From the NCBI GenBank assembly GCA_030606485.1, contig JAUWGH010000003.1, forward strand, positions 240,001 through 272,000: a DNA stretch of 32,000 bases, written 5' to 3'. The translations under genes and the position numbers were made by a program. The notes below the pieces were generated by a model. That model did no database searches. It had not been told where the DNA came from and was given only the letters and a program-made list of their open reading frames with translations. Of the stretch, positions 10,310 through 18,285 are shown in pieces (within the stretch, counting starts at the first letter, position 1; each line of letters opens with the position of its first letter). The DNA comes from Promethearchaeota archaeon (GTDB lineage Archaea > Asgardarchaeota > Lokiarchaeia > Sigyniarchaeales > SOKP01).

Positions 10310-10864
10310 TTAGGTTCCCACCTTCTTTAAAGCTATTATAGGTCTGACCTTTAAAACTCTCCTTGTGCCTAAAAAGATACCAATTAATTGAACTAAAATG
10401 AATAAGAGAAATGTAACAAACACAGAACCGAGAGAGATTAAAGGTAATCCTGATGCAGCAAAGGTAGGATCATATGCTGAATAGAAATATCCTAAAAATG
10501 CTACTACGTGAAATAAAATTTCAATCACGATAATAAATCCACTTAATGTAGTAAATATAATTTCGCCTATAATGATCGCTTGACAATTTTTATTGGTCCA
10601 ACCAATGCATTTGAGTGTGGCTATTTCACGTCTTCTATAATTCGTGATTATCCAGGCATATAAAAGCGATAAGAATATTGAAATACCCATTGCAATAAAA
10701 AATGAGGTAAGTCCAATGTCTCCTAAGGTCGGAGTTAAATCTAATGAAAATGAAGACCAAAAAATTAGTGCCGTATACATTAAAGTAAAGACTGTAAACC
10801 TTCTTTTGCTTCTTAGGGTAAGGACAACTGCCTTTTTCCACAATCGTAAAGCCATAATAGTCAC
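10310..10864 (-). CDS. FtsX/MacB-like ABC permease, minimal 4-TM form
   Basis: RRREIATLKCIGW matches the FtsX-domain RxxEIxxLKxxG motif and the C-terminal RRVLKVRPIIALK resembles the family end motif. Lies 10 nt upstream of the ATPase. Start could be 10864 or 10855. Confidence 0.8.
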   Translation of the reverse strand: MTIMALRLWKKAVVLTLRSKRRFTVFTLMYTALIFWSSFSLDLTPTLGDIGLTSFFIAMGISIFLSLLYAWIITNYRRREIATLKCIGWTNKNCQAIIIGEIIFTTLSGFIIVIEILFHVVAFLGYFYSAYDPTFAASGLPLISLGSVFVTFLLFILVQLIGIFLGTRRVLKVRPIIALKKVGT

Positions 10865-11040
10865 TTAAGAATTTTTTATAAATTTTTTTAGTTAGTTCCA
10901 AAATATTTTTGGATATATTAAATTAAAGAATAATGTATTTTATATATTTAAGCAATGGATAATAAACGAATTTTAAAATAATTTTTAGCTATTAATAATC
11001 ATTAATCGAAAAATCAAAAATTCAAAAGGGTTGAGAAATA

Positions 11041-11427
11041 TTGTCTAGTAAGATTAGTACTATTATAAATGTCTTATTAAATGAAGAACCAAATGTAATA
11101 GGGGTAGCTTTAATTGGTAGTGATAATCAAATAAGTTTTCAAACGGAGAACTGGGATTTATCACAAGATTTATCGGGTATATTGAACTTAATTCAAGCCC
11201 AAAGTGGAGTTGGAAGAATTACATTACAGGGGGTTAATTATATGGTTGTTGAGAATACTCCTGAACGAAAAATCGCAACTAATATTAAAGGAAAGGGGCA
11301 TATTATAATTTGTCCTACAGGTGATAACAACGCTGCATTAATGTGTTATATCAGTCCACAAGCCGGTCCTCGTGATGCGTTATTTAACGTGCAAGAATAT
11401 GCAAAAAAATTAAAAAAGAAATTGTAA
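11041..11427 (+). CDS. Asgard profilin (actin-monomer-binding eukaryotic signature protein)
   Basis: 128 aa with a TTG start (in-frame TGA at 11032-34 excludes an upstream start). Motifs QTENWD, QGVNYMVVENTPERKIATNIKGKGH and YISPQAGPRDALFNVQEYA match my recollection of Lokiarchaeota profilins. Confidence 0.85.
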   Translation: MSSKISTIINVLLNEEPNVIGVALIGSDNQISFQTENWDLSQDLSGILNLIQAQSGVGRITLQGVNYMVVENTPERKIATNIKGKGHIIICPTGDNNAALMCYISPQAGPRDALFNVQEYAKKLKKKL

Positions 11428-11510
11428 AGAATAAAAATTCTCTATTTTTTTTTGAATTTTTGAATATTTAAATTCTTTAGATCTTAAGTTAGAGGTTTTT
11501 ATAATATTTC

Positions 11511-11885
11511 TTACACCTTCATTTTCTTAAGTTGATTCAATGCATTACCATATCGTTCACTTTTATTAGCCCATTTTTTAAGTTTGATACAAGGAAATTC
11601 TTGACATTCATAGCAATACTCTAGATTTTTATTATTAACACAACATTCTCGAATCCAGCAATCCAGTGTCCAGCATTTTGTAATATCTCCCCTACAACCA
11701 TTACAATGGAAATCTTCAGCCTTTACATCTTCCCATGCACCATCAAACTGCTTTACCAATTGATGAGCTATTTCTGGATTATTTGAGGCGTTATATATAT
11801 TACAATTGCCGCAGTCCAAGCCGCAGACTGCAATCTTCTGCTGTTTTTTCTCATTTATTTTCTGATTATTTTTCAAAAATCTCAT
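11511..11885 (-). CDS. DUF3795 domain Cys-rich protein
   Basis: Pattern AVCGLDCGNC...CNGCRG...CWTLDCWIRECC...YCYECQEFPC, characteristic of DUF3795. Confidence 0.8.
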   Translation of the reverse strand: MRFLKNNQKINEKKQQKIAVCGLDCGNCNIYNASNNPEIAHQLVKQFDGAWEDVKAEDFHCNGCRGDITKCWTLDCWIRECCVNNKNLEYCYECQEFPCIKLKKWANKSERYGNALNQLKKMKV

Positions 11886-11950
11886 GCTTATATGTAATTT
11901 AAAATATATCGAGAAAATCTATACTCATTTTTTATTAATTAGCGCTAATA

Positions 11951-13045
11951 TTAAATGATATGCCAATAATCTCTTAATAAATCCTTTAATTCATCTTTTA
12001 TTTTAGTAATTACTTTTGAGATATCTAAATCCTCGGGAAATTCTATTTTTTCTTGAGAAGGTAGATTAACCAGTTCACCTAGAAGTGCTTTAATTATAGA
12101 GTAAGAACATATTGGTAATGCACTTAAGCTATATCCTCCTTCGAGTATAAATGCGATTTTCCCATTACACACATTATTGGCGAGTGTTAATAATTTTTGA
12201 GTAAGTTTAATGTATGAATTCGCTGTAAGCAAACAGTTTCCGATGGGATCTGTATAGTGGCAATCAAATCCGCAGGCAACAATTATTATTTCGGGTTTAA
12301 ACTCTGAAAATACTGCCTTTAAAATATCAAAAAACTCTAAATAATACTTATCAGTAGTTTTGGGAGGTATTGGAAAATTAATATTATAGCCTAAACCTTC
12401 ATTTTCTCCAAGCTCATGAATAAAACCCAGTTCTCCTTGATCAAAATCATATTCATGAATTGAAAAATAAAGGACCTCAGGGTCTTCATAAAAAAATTTA
12501 GCGATTCCATCTCCATAATGATTATCAATATCAATGATAGCAAACTTTTTAGCATTTTTTTTTATTTTTCTTAAATATTGAATGCCTACTGCGATATTAT
12601 TAAAAATGCACAGACCTGAAGCTACATCTCTTAATGCATGATGACCCGGAGGTCTTATGAAAGCAAATGATTGATTAATATCTCCCGATACGACGGAATC
12701 AAAAGCAGTGATAGTTCCCTCAACTGCTTTTTTTGCCAATTGAAATGTCTCTTCAGTAATGAATATAGATTCACCAATACTTCCAGAGCCCATATTTGAA
12801 AAATATTTTATTGAATCAACATGGTATCTGGTATGAACTAATTCAAGAATTGTCTCAATCTTTTCAAAACTTCTTATTGGAATCTTTTTTATCCTATTAT
12901 CTTCAAAGAGATTTTCTTTTTCAAAATAGTCCATAATGCATTTAATTCTTAAAGGTGTTTCAAATGCTTCAAAATAAGGTCGGGGGAAAGGTGGTTCATT
13001 TAAAATTTCAAAGTCTTTATCTGAGATTATTCCTATGTTATTCAT
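11951..13045 (-). CDS. Zn-dependent histone deacetylase family protein (HDAC/AcuC/APAH-like)
   Basis: RPPGHH, GLCIFNN, DIDNHYGDG, SIH, CGFDCHYTDPIG and LEGGY; all catalytic and Zn ligands appear present. Confidence 0.92.
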   Translation of the reverse strand: MNNIGIISDKDFEILNEPPFPRPYFEAFETPLRIKCIMDYFEKENLFEDNRIKKIPIRSFEKIETILELVHTRYHVDSIKYFSNMGSGSIGESIFITEETFQLAKKAVEGTITAFDSVVSGDINQSFAFIRPPGHHALRDVASGLCIFNNIAVGIQYLRKIKKNAKKFAIIDIDNHYGDGIAKFFYEDPEVLYFSIHEYDFDQGELGFIHELGENEGLGYNINFPIPPKTTDKYYLEFFDILKAVFSEFKPEIIIVACGFDCHYTDPIGNCLLTANSYIKLTQKLLTLANNVCNGKIAFILEGGYSLSALPICSYSIIKALLGELVNLPSQEKIEFPEDLDISKVITKIKDELKDLLRDYWHII

Positions 13046-13130
13046 CCAATTATCAGCAAATATTTATATAATCACATAAATAATTAACGTATATTATAAA
13101 TAATTTAATATAAAAAATAAGGCGTTATAA

Positions 13131-15386
13131 ATGGAACCGATAGAAATATTTTTCATGTTCTTTCTAAATGCATTGCCAATTATTTTTTTAGCAATTCCAA
13201 TACCTTTTATATATAAAAGATTAATTGGAAAATTATATTTAAGAGTTTTCTTAGGAATTGTTATATTCTTTCTAGTATATTGGGTTTTACCAATTACGTT
13301 TCAAACAAACATCGATCCTAAGGAGCTTCAATTACATCCCCAAGAACAAGAAAATATATTTATGGCACTTTTTTTCATATTTACCCATATGATATCTCTA
13401 ATTGGTTATTTTTTCCAATATCCTTTTGCAACTTTGACATTTATTTTTTTAGTAGGGCCCCTTTTATCGTTTCTCATATTATGGAGAAAATTGCGCAAAG
13501 AACCGGGAAATATGAGGGATAAACTTGCCGATCTAACTTTTGAATTTAAAAAAAGTCCTTCTGATATGATTAAAGAAGGACTAATAAAAAGTGATTGGTC
13601 GGAAGAAAAACAACTCATAAAATTATTAATTGTTCTTTTGCCGATATCTTTATACTTATTATCCGTTATAATCAAACTTTTAGGTTTAGAGAATATTGAT
13701 TTAACCACAGGTACAACAACTATGGGATGGTTTGTGGAAATTTTATTTGTATATATTGCCACACTATTACTTGGGATTCACTTGGTTTATAGTAGTAAAA
13801 TTTCCTTTAAAGGAGTATATATTGGAGAAAAATTGAGAGAAGATACATTTAGAAGTTTGTTTCAAGTAGGAACACCAATATCTCTTTTAAGTATTTTATT
13901 ATTTTTAGCGGATCCTAATACAAATCACGTTTTTATACTTTATTTCTTCGCATATTTTATGATGGGTGCTATAATATTTATTTTATTTCTTAAAATTTTT
14001 CAACCTATTGCCATTTTAATTTTTATAAAGTTAATTGATTTATGGAAAAGAACAAAAACGAAGAAAAAAAAGATAGATTGGACAAATTGGTATATTCCTT
14101 TAATTATTGGCGTAGGAGGCTGTTTAATTTTTATTATTATTTACCATTTTTTAATTAATCCATTACAGGTAGGGATAATTATAAGTCAAGAATATTTTGA
14201 TGAGTTGATATTAAAAGGTGATATTTCTTATGGAAATATTATATTTTTAGAAGATATGTTGAGATTGGACCTATGTAATATCACAAATACATTTATTTTA
14301 ATTTTTTCTGTTATCCTTTTTGCATATCTTTTCGCGAGAAGTATGCAATTTATAAAAAAGATAGCCATAACATCTTTTATCTTTCTAGGGATTGTCATTT
14401 TACTCTCAATAATGATTTTATTAGTAGGGCTCTACCCTCCAATCAATTTTGCTCCGGAAGAATATGAATATTGGATTACTGGTGCACCAGCTTATTTTTC
14501 ATTATTTGATAAAGATATTTACACAATAAGGACAGTTTTGTTTAAAGTCAACCTAGGTGAATTTCCATTATTAGTAATTATAGCGATTCCATTCACTTAT
14601 ACACGATATGTTTTTAATCTCTTAATCTGGGGATTAATTTTATATTATTTAAATAAAATTTTTATTATCAAAAATGTTCCAAAGGAAGGAGATATAATTG
14701 AACGGATATCCTTTTCGCGGATTTCTGAATTCCCAAAATATGAAGCATATGTTACAGATCTCTATCGATATTTAGTAGTAAAAACTCCTGAATCAGAAGT
14801 TAAGGCAGAAAAAATTGAAGAAAGAGAAGAAGTTAAAGAATTATTAGAAAAGATCAAGGATAATAAATTCTTGAAAGAAATTAGACCTATAGAGAAGGAA
14901 GAAATGCGTAGATTTTATTTTACTTTAAAATATCTATTTTATGATGGAAAAATCTCTTTTTGGATTCCAGAATTCACATATACTTCTGGAAAAGTCGAGC
15001 TTCAAGGACTTTATGTTATTTACAGTGATGGCAGAGACCTTTTCAGTTACAACTTTTCAGGTGTAGATTATGCAGACCCAGGATTGATTGCGGGTATGTT
15101 TACGGCTATTACGGCTTTTATTAAAGAGACAACAAAGAGTTCAGAATTACTGAAAACCATTGATCATGGCGATATCAAAATCTTGATAGAGTATGGAAAG
15201 TATATTTTTTCTGCTTTATTTATCAAAGGAAAACAGTCTTTAGAAAATAGGGGTATTTTAAAAGAGTTTGTTGAATGGTTTGAGGAAAAGCATAAACCTC
15301 ATCTTTTAGATTGGTCAGGAGCTCTACATCCTTTCAGAGATTCTAAAGATAAAGTAGAGGAAATATTTAAGGAAGAGGAGGAATAA
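13131..15386 (+). CDS. Large polytopic membrane protein with C-terminal longin-like domain
   Basis: About 500 aa of hydrophobic helices, then a soluble tail ending in LYVIYSDGRDLFSY...GLIAGMFTAITAFIKE...IDHGDIKILIEYGKYIFSALF...LKEFVEWFEEK, the beta-beta-alpha-beta-beta-beta-alpha-alpha longin-type pattern common in Asgard proteins. Confidence 0.7.
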   Translation: MEPIEIFFMFFLNALPIIFLAIPIPFIYKRLIGKLYLRVFLGIVIFFLVYWVLPITFQTNIDPKELQLHPQEQENIFMALFFIFTHMISLIGYFFQYPFATLTFIFLVGPLLSFLILWRKLRKEPGNMRDKLADLTFEFKKSPSDMIKEGLIKSDWSEEKQLIKLLIVLLPISLYLLSVIIKLLGLENIDLTTGTTTMGWFVEILFVYIATLLLGIHLVYSSKISFKGVYIGEKLREDTFRSLFQVGTPISLLSILLFLADPNTNHVFILYFFAYFMMGAIIFILFLKIFQPIAILIFIKLIDLWKRTKTKKKKIDWTNWYIPLIIGVGGCLIFIIIYHFLINPLQVGIIISQEYFDELILKGDISYGNIIFLEDMLRLDLCNITNTFILIFSVILFAYLFARSMQFIKKIAITSFIFLGIVILLSIMILLVGLYPPINFAPEEYEYWITGAPAYFSLFDKDIYTIRTVLFKVNLGEFPLLVIIAIPFTYTRYVFNLLIWGLILYYLNKIFIIKNVPKEGDIIERISFSRISEFPKYEAYVTDLYRYLVVKTPESEVKAEKIEEREEVKELLEKIKDNKFLKEIRPIEKEEMRRFYFTLKYLFYDGKISFWIPEFTYTSGKVELQGLYVIYSDGRDLFSYNFSGVDYADPGLIAGMFTAITAFIKETTKSSELLKTIDHGDIKILIEYGKYIFSALFIKGKQSLENRGILKEFVEWFEEKHKPHLLDWSGALHPFRDSKDKVEEIFKEEEE

Positions 15387-15458
15387 TTACCAACTTTATT
15401 ACTAAATATATTTTTTTTGGTTTATTTTGAAGATTAATTAATTTAATCTCAAAGAAAA

Positions 15459-16166
15459 TTACATTAATAACTTAAATTCAAAAATAGCTTTTAATTGTTC
15501 AGCAATTTTCTCTAATAAATTCTTTTCTTCTTCAAGGAAGGGCTTTTCCTCGAGATAATGTACAGAAATACATAATTCCTTATCCTTTATTAAATTTTTA
15601 ACTGTTAATTTCCAAGGGGTTTTTTTATAGTTGTCTGTTAAATATTCTTTTTTATCAAAAACTATTTTTGAACATATCATATCCGGAAATTTCCAGGCAT
15701 TTTGAATTTGCTTTTGAGTTTCTATTAGAATTTCTTCAATTGATATGTTAGGATTTTTTATGAGTTCAATAATATTAAATAAACAATTAAGTTCCTTAAC
15801 TCGTTCTTTTAATTTATTTTCTGCCTTTAAGATTTGCTTGCTTAAAATGACAACCACAATACCAATAAATAAAATTAAGACAGCTCGAAAAATATTTTCT
15901 ATAAGATTATTTAAAAACATATCCAATCCACTTAAAATGGAAAAGAAAATGAGTAATCCAGAGAGAAAGATTGGTACAACCAAACCTTTGTTTCTCCACC
16001 AAAGACATGCAAAAATAATAGGGATATAAAAGAAATGGGAAAAAATAATGCTTATTTTTAGAATAAATTGAAAATAATATTGTAAAAAAAGTGAAGCAGA
16101 TAACAGAATAAATATGATAAGAAATCTTAATTTTTCTTTAGAAATATTAGTTTTTAATCCACCCAT
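15459..16166 (-). CDS. Membrane sensor module (about 4 TM plus GAF-like domain) with no output domain
   Basis: FSHFFYIPIIFACLWW resembles the N-terminal TM module of archaeal sensor kinases. LKERVKELNCLF...AWKFPDMICSKI...PFLEEEKNLLEKIAEQL resembles the GAF-like segment that usually precedes PAS/HisKA domains. The stop follows directly. Confidence 0.65.
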   Translation of the reverse strand: MGGLKTNISKEKLRFLIIFILLSASLFLQYYFQFILKISIIFSHFFYIPIIFACLWWRNKGLVVPIFLSGLLIFFSILSGLDMFLNNLIENIFRAVLILFIGIVVVILSKQILKAENKLKERVKELNCLFNIIELIKNPNISIEEILIETQKQIQNAWKFPDMICSKIVFDKKEYLTDNYKKTPWKLTVKNLIKDKELCISVHYLEEKPFLEEEKNLLEKIAEQLKAIFEFKLLM

Positions 16167-16212
16167 AAATCTTCCTCAATCAGTATAATTCTTATATTAA
16201 AAGGTTTTAATC

Positions 16213-17517
16213 TTAATGGGTTGCACAAGAGATACATGGGTCAAACGATCTTATAATCATTTGCGCTTGTTTTTTTATCTGATTAAAATCCCCAGTTCTT
16301 TCATATAATTTTTGGCTTTGTGTTGTTAGGATTTCATCAATAATTGGCAAATTAATTTCAGTTGCAATAAAAAGCTTCACTTTATCAATTAATCTCTTTT
16401 TATTTACATGATAATAGTGTATGAGAGTTCCTCGAGGTGCTTCAACCATGCCGAGTCCTTCATTATTTCTTAAAAAATTAATGGGACGTATATCATTTTT
16501 TTGTGTCAATTCAGTATCGTCTAGAATTGATAACCCTTCGTAAGAAACAAACATCATTTCTATTAGCCTGATAACGTTTGAGAATAAAATACTATTTTGC
16601 CATTCTTTATTAAAAAGTCCAATATAGGATTGCAGTTCATCTATTCCATAATCATTAATTATTTTATATCGTGCGAGTGGGCCAACAAGAATGTTTTGGT
16701 TGTTTTTTAAATAGAAATCAATTCCACGTATATCCTCCTGCTTATCAAAATATTGCGAATGTTTATATACGGGAAAATCTGCGATAATTTTATTATTTTG
16801 TGCTAATCGTAAGAGTCCATTATACCGGTCATATTTCTCATCATTATGCATTCCCATATAAGCAGGATTTGGTAAGGAATAAACATCAGGAGGATCAAAT
16901 TGAGAAAATATCTCTTGGAATCGCTCAATAATCCATTTTAAATTATTTATAGAATTTTGCAGATATTTCCGTGCAATATTTATTTCTTTTTTGGAAGGAG
17001 AAAAAAATACACCACCGATAATGGGCGTTATTAAATGAACAGACCTTCCACCAAATAAATTCCCAATTTCATTGCCAATTTTTATTAATTCATACATATT
17101 TGAAGTTAATTTGGGATCAAAATGGATTAATTCATTCAGTGAGAGTGGTTTTGGTTGTTTATCCAAAATTACAAAAAGGTCGGGAAATGCTTGAAAAAAG
17201 AAATGCATTGAATGTGATCTTATCAACTCACCAATCATTAATAGTCGTCTCAAAAGAACTGATTGATTTGATGGTTCGACTTCATACATACTCTCTATTG
17301 CTTTACAACTAGCTATTGTCTGTGATGCGTGACACAATCCACATATTCTTGATGCAATTCTAGGAGTATCGATTAGCCTTTTGTCAAGTAAAATATTTTC
17401 AAACCCTCGAAATATCTCAAGATCAAAATTCACACTTGAAATTTCATCTTTCTGAAGTAAAATTTTTATATTTCCATGTCCTTCCACCCGAGTGCATACA
17501 TCAACTACTTTCTTCAT
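16213..17517 (-). CDS. mvhA: [NiFe]-hydrogenase large subunit, group 3 (MvhA-like), atypical
   Basis: TRVEGHG, RGFE, L1 RICGLCHASQ, SHSMHFF..AFPD, GGRSVH, VGPLAR, VEAPRGTLIH and L2 FDPCISCATH followed directly by TAA. Confidence 0.9.
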   Translation of the reverse strand: MKKVVDVCTRVEGHGNIKILLQKDEISSVNFDLEIFRGFENILLDKRLIDTPRIASRICGLCHASQTIASCKAIESMYEVEPSNQSVLLRRLLMIGELIRSHSMHFFFQAFPDLFVILDKQPKPLSLNELIHFDPKLTSNMYELIKIGNEIGNLFGGRSVHLITPIIGGVFFSPSKKEINIARKYLQNSINNLKWIIERFQEIFSQFDPPDVYSLPNPAYMGMHNDEKYDRYNGLLRLAQNNKIIADFPVYKHSQYFDKQEDIRGIDFYLKNNQNILVGPLARYKIINDYGIDELQSYIGLFNKEWQNSILFSNVIRLIEMMFVSYEGLSILDDTELTQKNDIRPINFLRNNEGLGMVEAPRGTLIHYYHVNKKRLIDKVKLFIATEINLPIIDEILTTQSQKLYERTGDFNQIKKQAQMIIRSFDPCISCATH

Positions 17518-17523
17518 AATTTT

Positions 17524-18285
17524 TTACCTCTTGGTTTTTGGTTTTGAATAACGATAGAAAATTCCTTTATATTTCCTTAGACCTTTGGCAAGATTTACAG
17601 TGCTCAAAAAATTAATGGCATTAGAGGTAAAATCGTTTTTAATTGGTCCCATGCACCCATCACAAGGAAGGTTCAATTTAATGCACTTAGATTCACAACC
17701 ATCTCTAGTTATTGGTCCCAAGCATAAAATTCCTCTTTCTAAAAAGCAACGTTTATCTTTATTTTCGATATCTAAGTTATATTCTCTAGGCATTAGTTTA
17801 TTAATTCGTTTCATAAATTTGCTTTCAATATTATCAGTTCTAAATTCGCAATCTACACAAACATTTTTTTCAGGCAAAATAATCTCTTTATTTTCTAGCA
17901 GTCTAATAATACAATTGCCTAATAATTTAGAAGGTGGTGGACATCCAGGAATTATTCCATCTATTTCTATATAATTGGATATGGGTTCTGCTTCTTTTAC
18001 AGTGGAAAGTGCAAGCATTCCACCAAAAGCAGCACAAGTTCCTAAAGCAATTACTCTCTTGGATTTACTCCGAATATTTTTAAGAATATCGATTTGTTTT
18101 TCCTCTGAAACACATCCCTCAATTAAAGCGATATCATTTTCAGAGATATTATTTTCATCTCTCATAAATGAACAACGAACGAGATTTACCTTTTCAAGAA
18201 ATTGAGGAAAGATATCTAATGAAATCATTGTTGAGATACAACCACTACAAGAAGTCAATGATTCGATTAAGAAACTAGGTTTCAT
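17524..18285 (-). CDS. mvhG: [NiFe]-hydrogenase small subunit, group 3 (MvhG-like)
   Basis: LTSCSGC, IEGCV, LGTCAAFGG, IPGCPP, CVDC and CFLERGILCLGPITRDGCESKC...PCDGCMGP; no Tat signal. Start moved from 18312 to the ATG at 18285, which has GAGGAG just upstream and overlaps the previous stop by 11 nt. Confidence 0.88.
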   Translation of the reverse strand: MKPSFLIESLTSCSGCISTMISLDIFPQFLEKVNLVRCSFMRDENNISENDIALIEGCVSEEKQIDILKNIRSKSKRVIALGTCAAFGGMLALSTVKEAEPISNYIEIDGIIPGCPPPSKLLGNCIIRLLENKEIILPEKNVCVDCEFRTDNIESKFMKRINKLMPREYNLDIENKDKRCFLERGILCLGPITRDGCESKCIKLNLPCDGCMGPIKNDFTSNAINFLSTVNLAKGLRKYKGIFYRYSKPKTKR

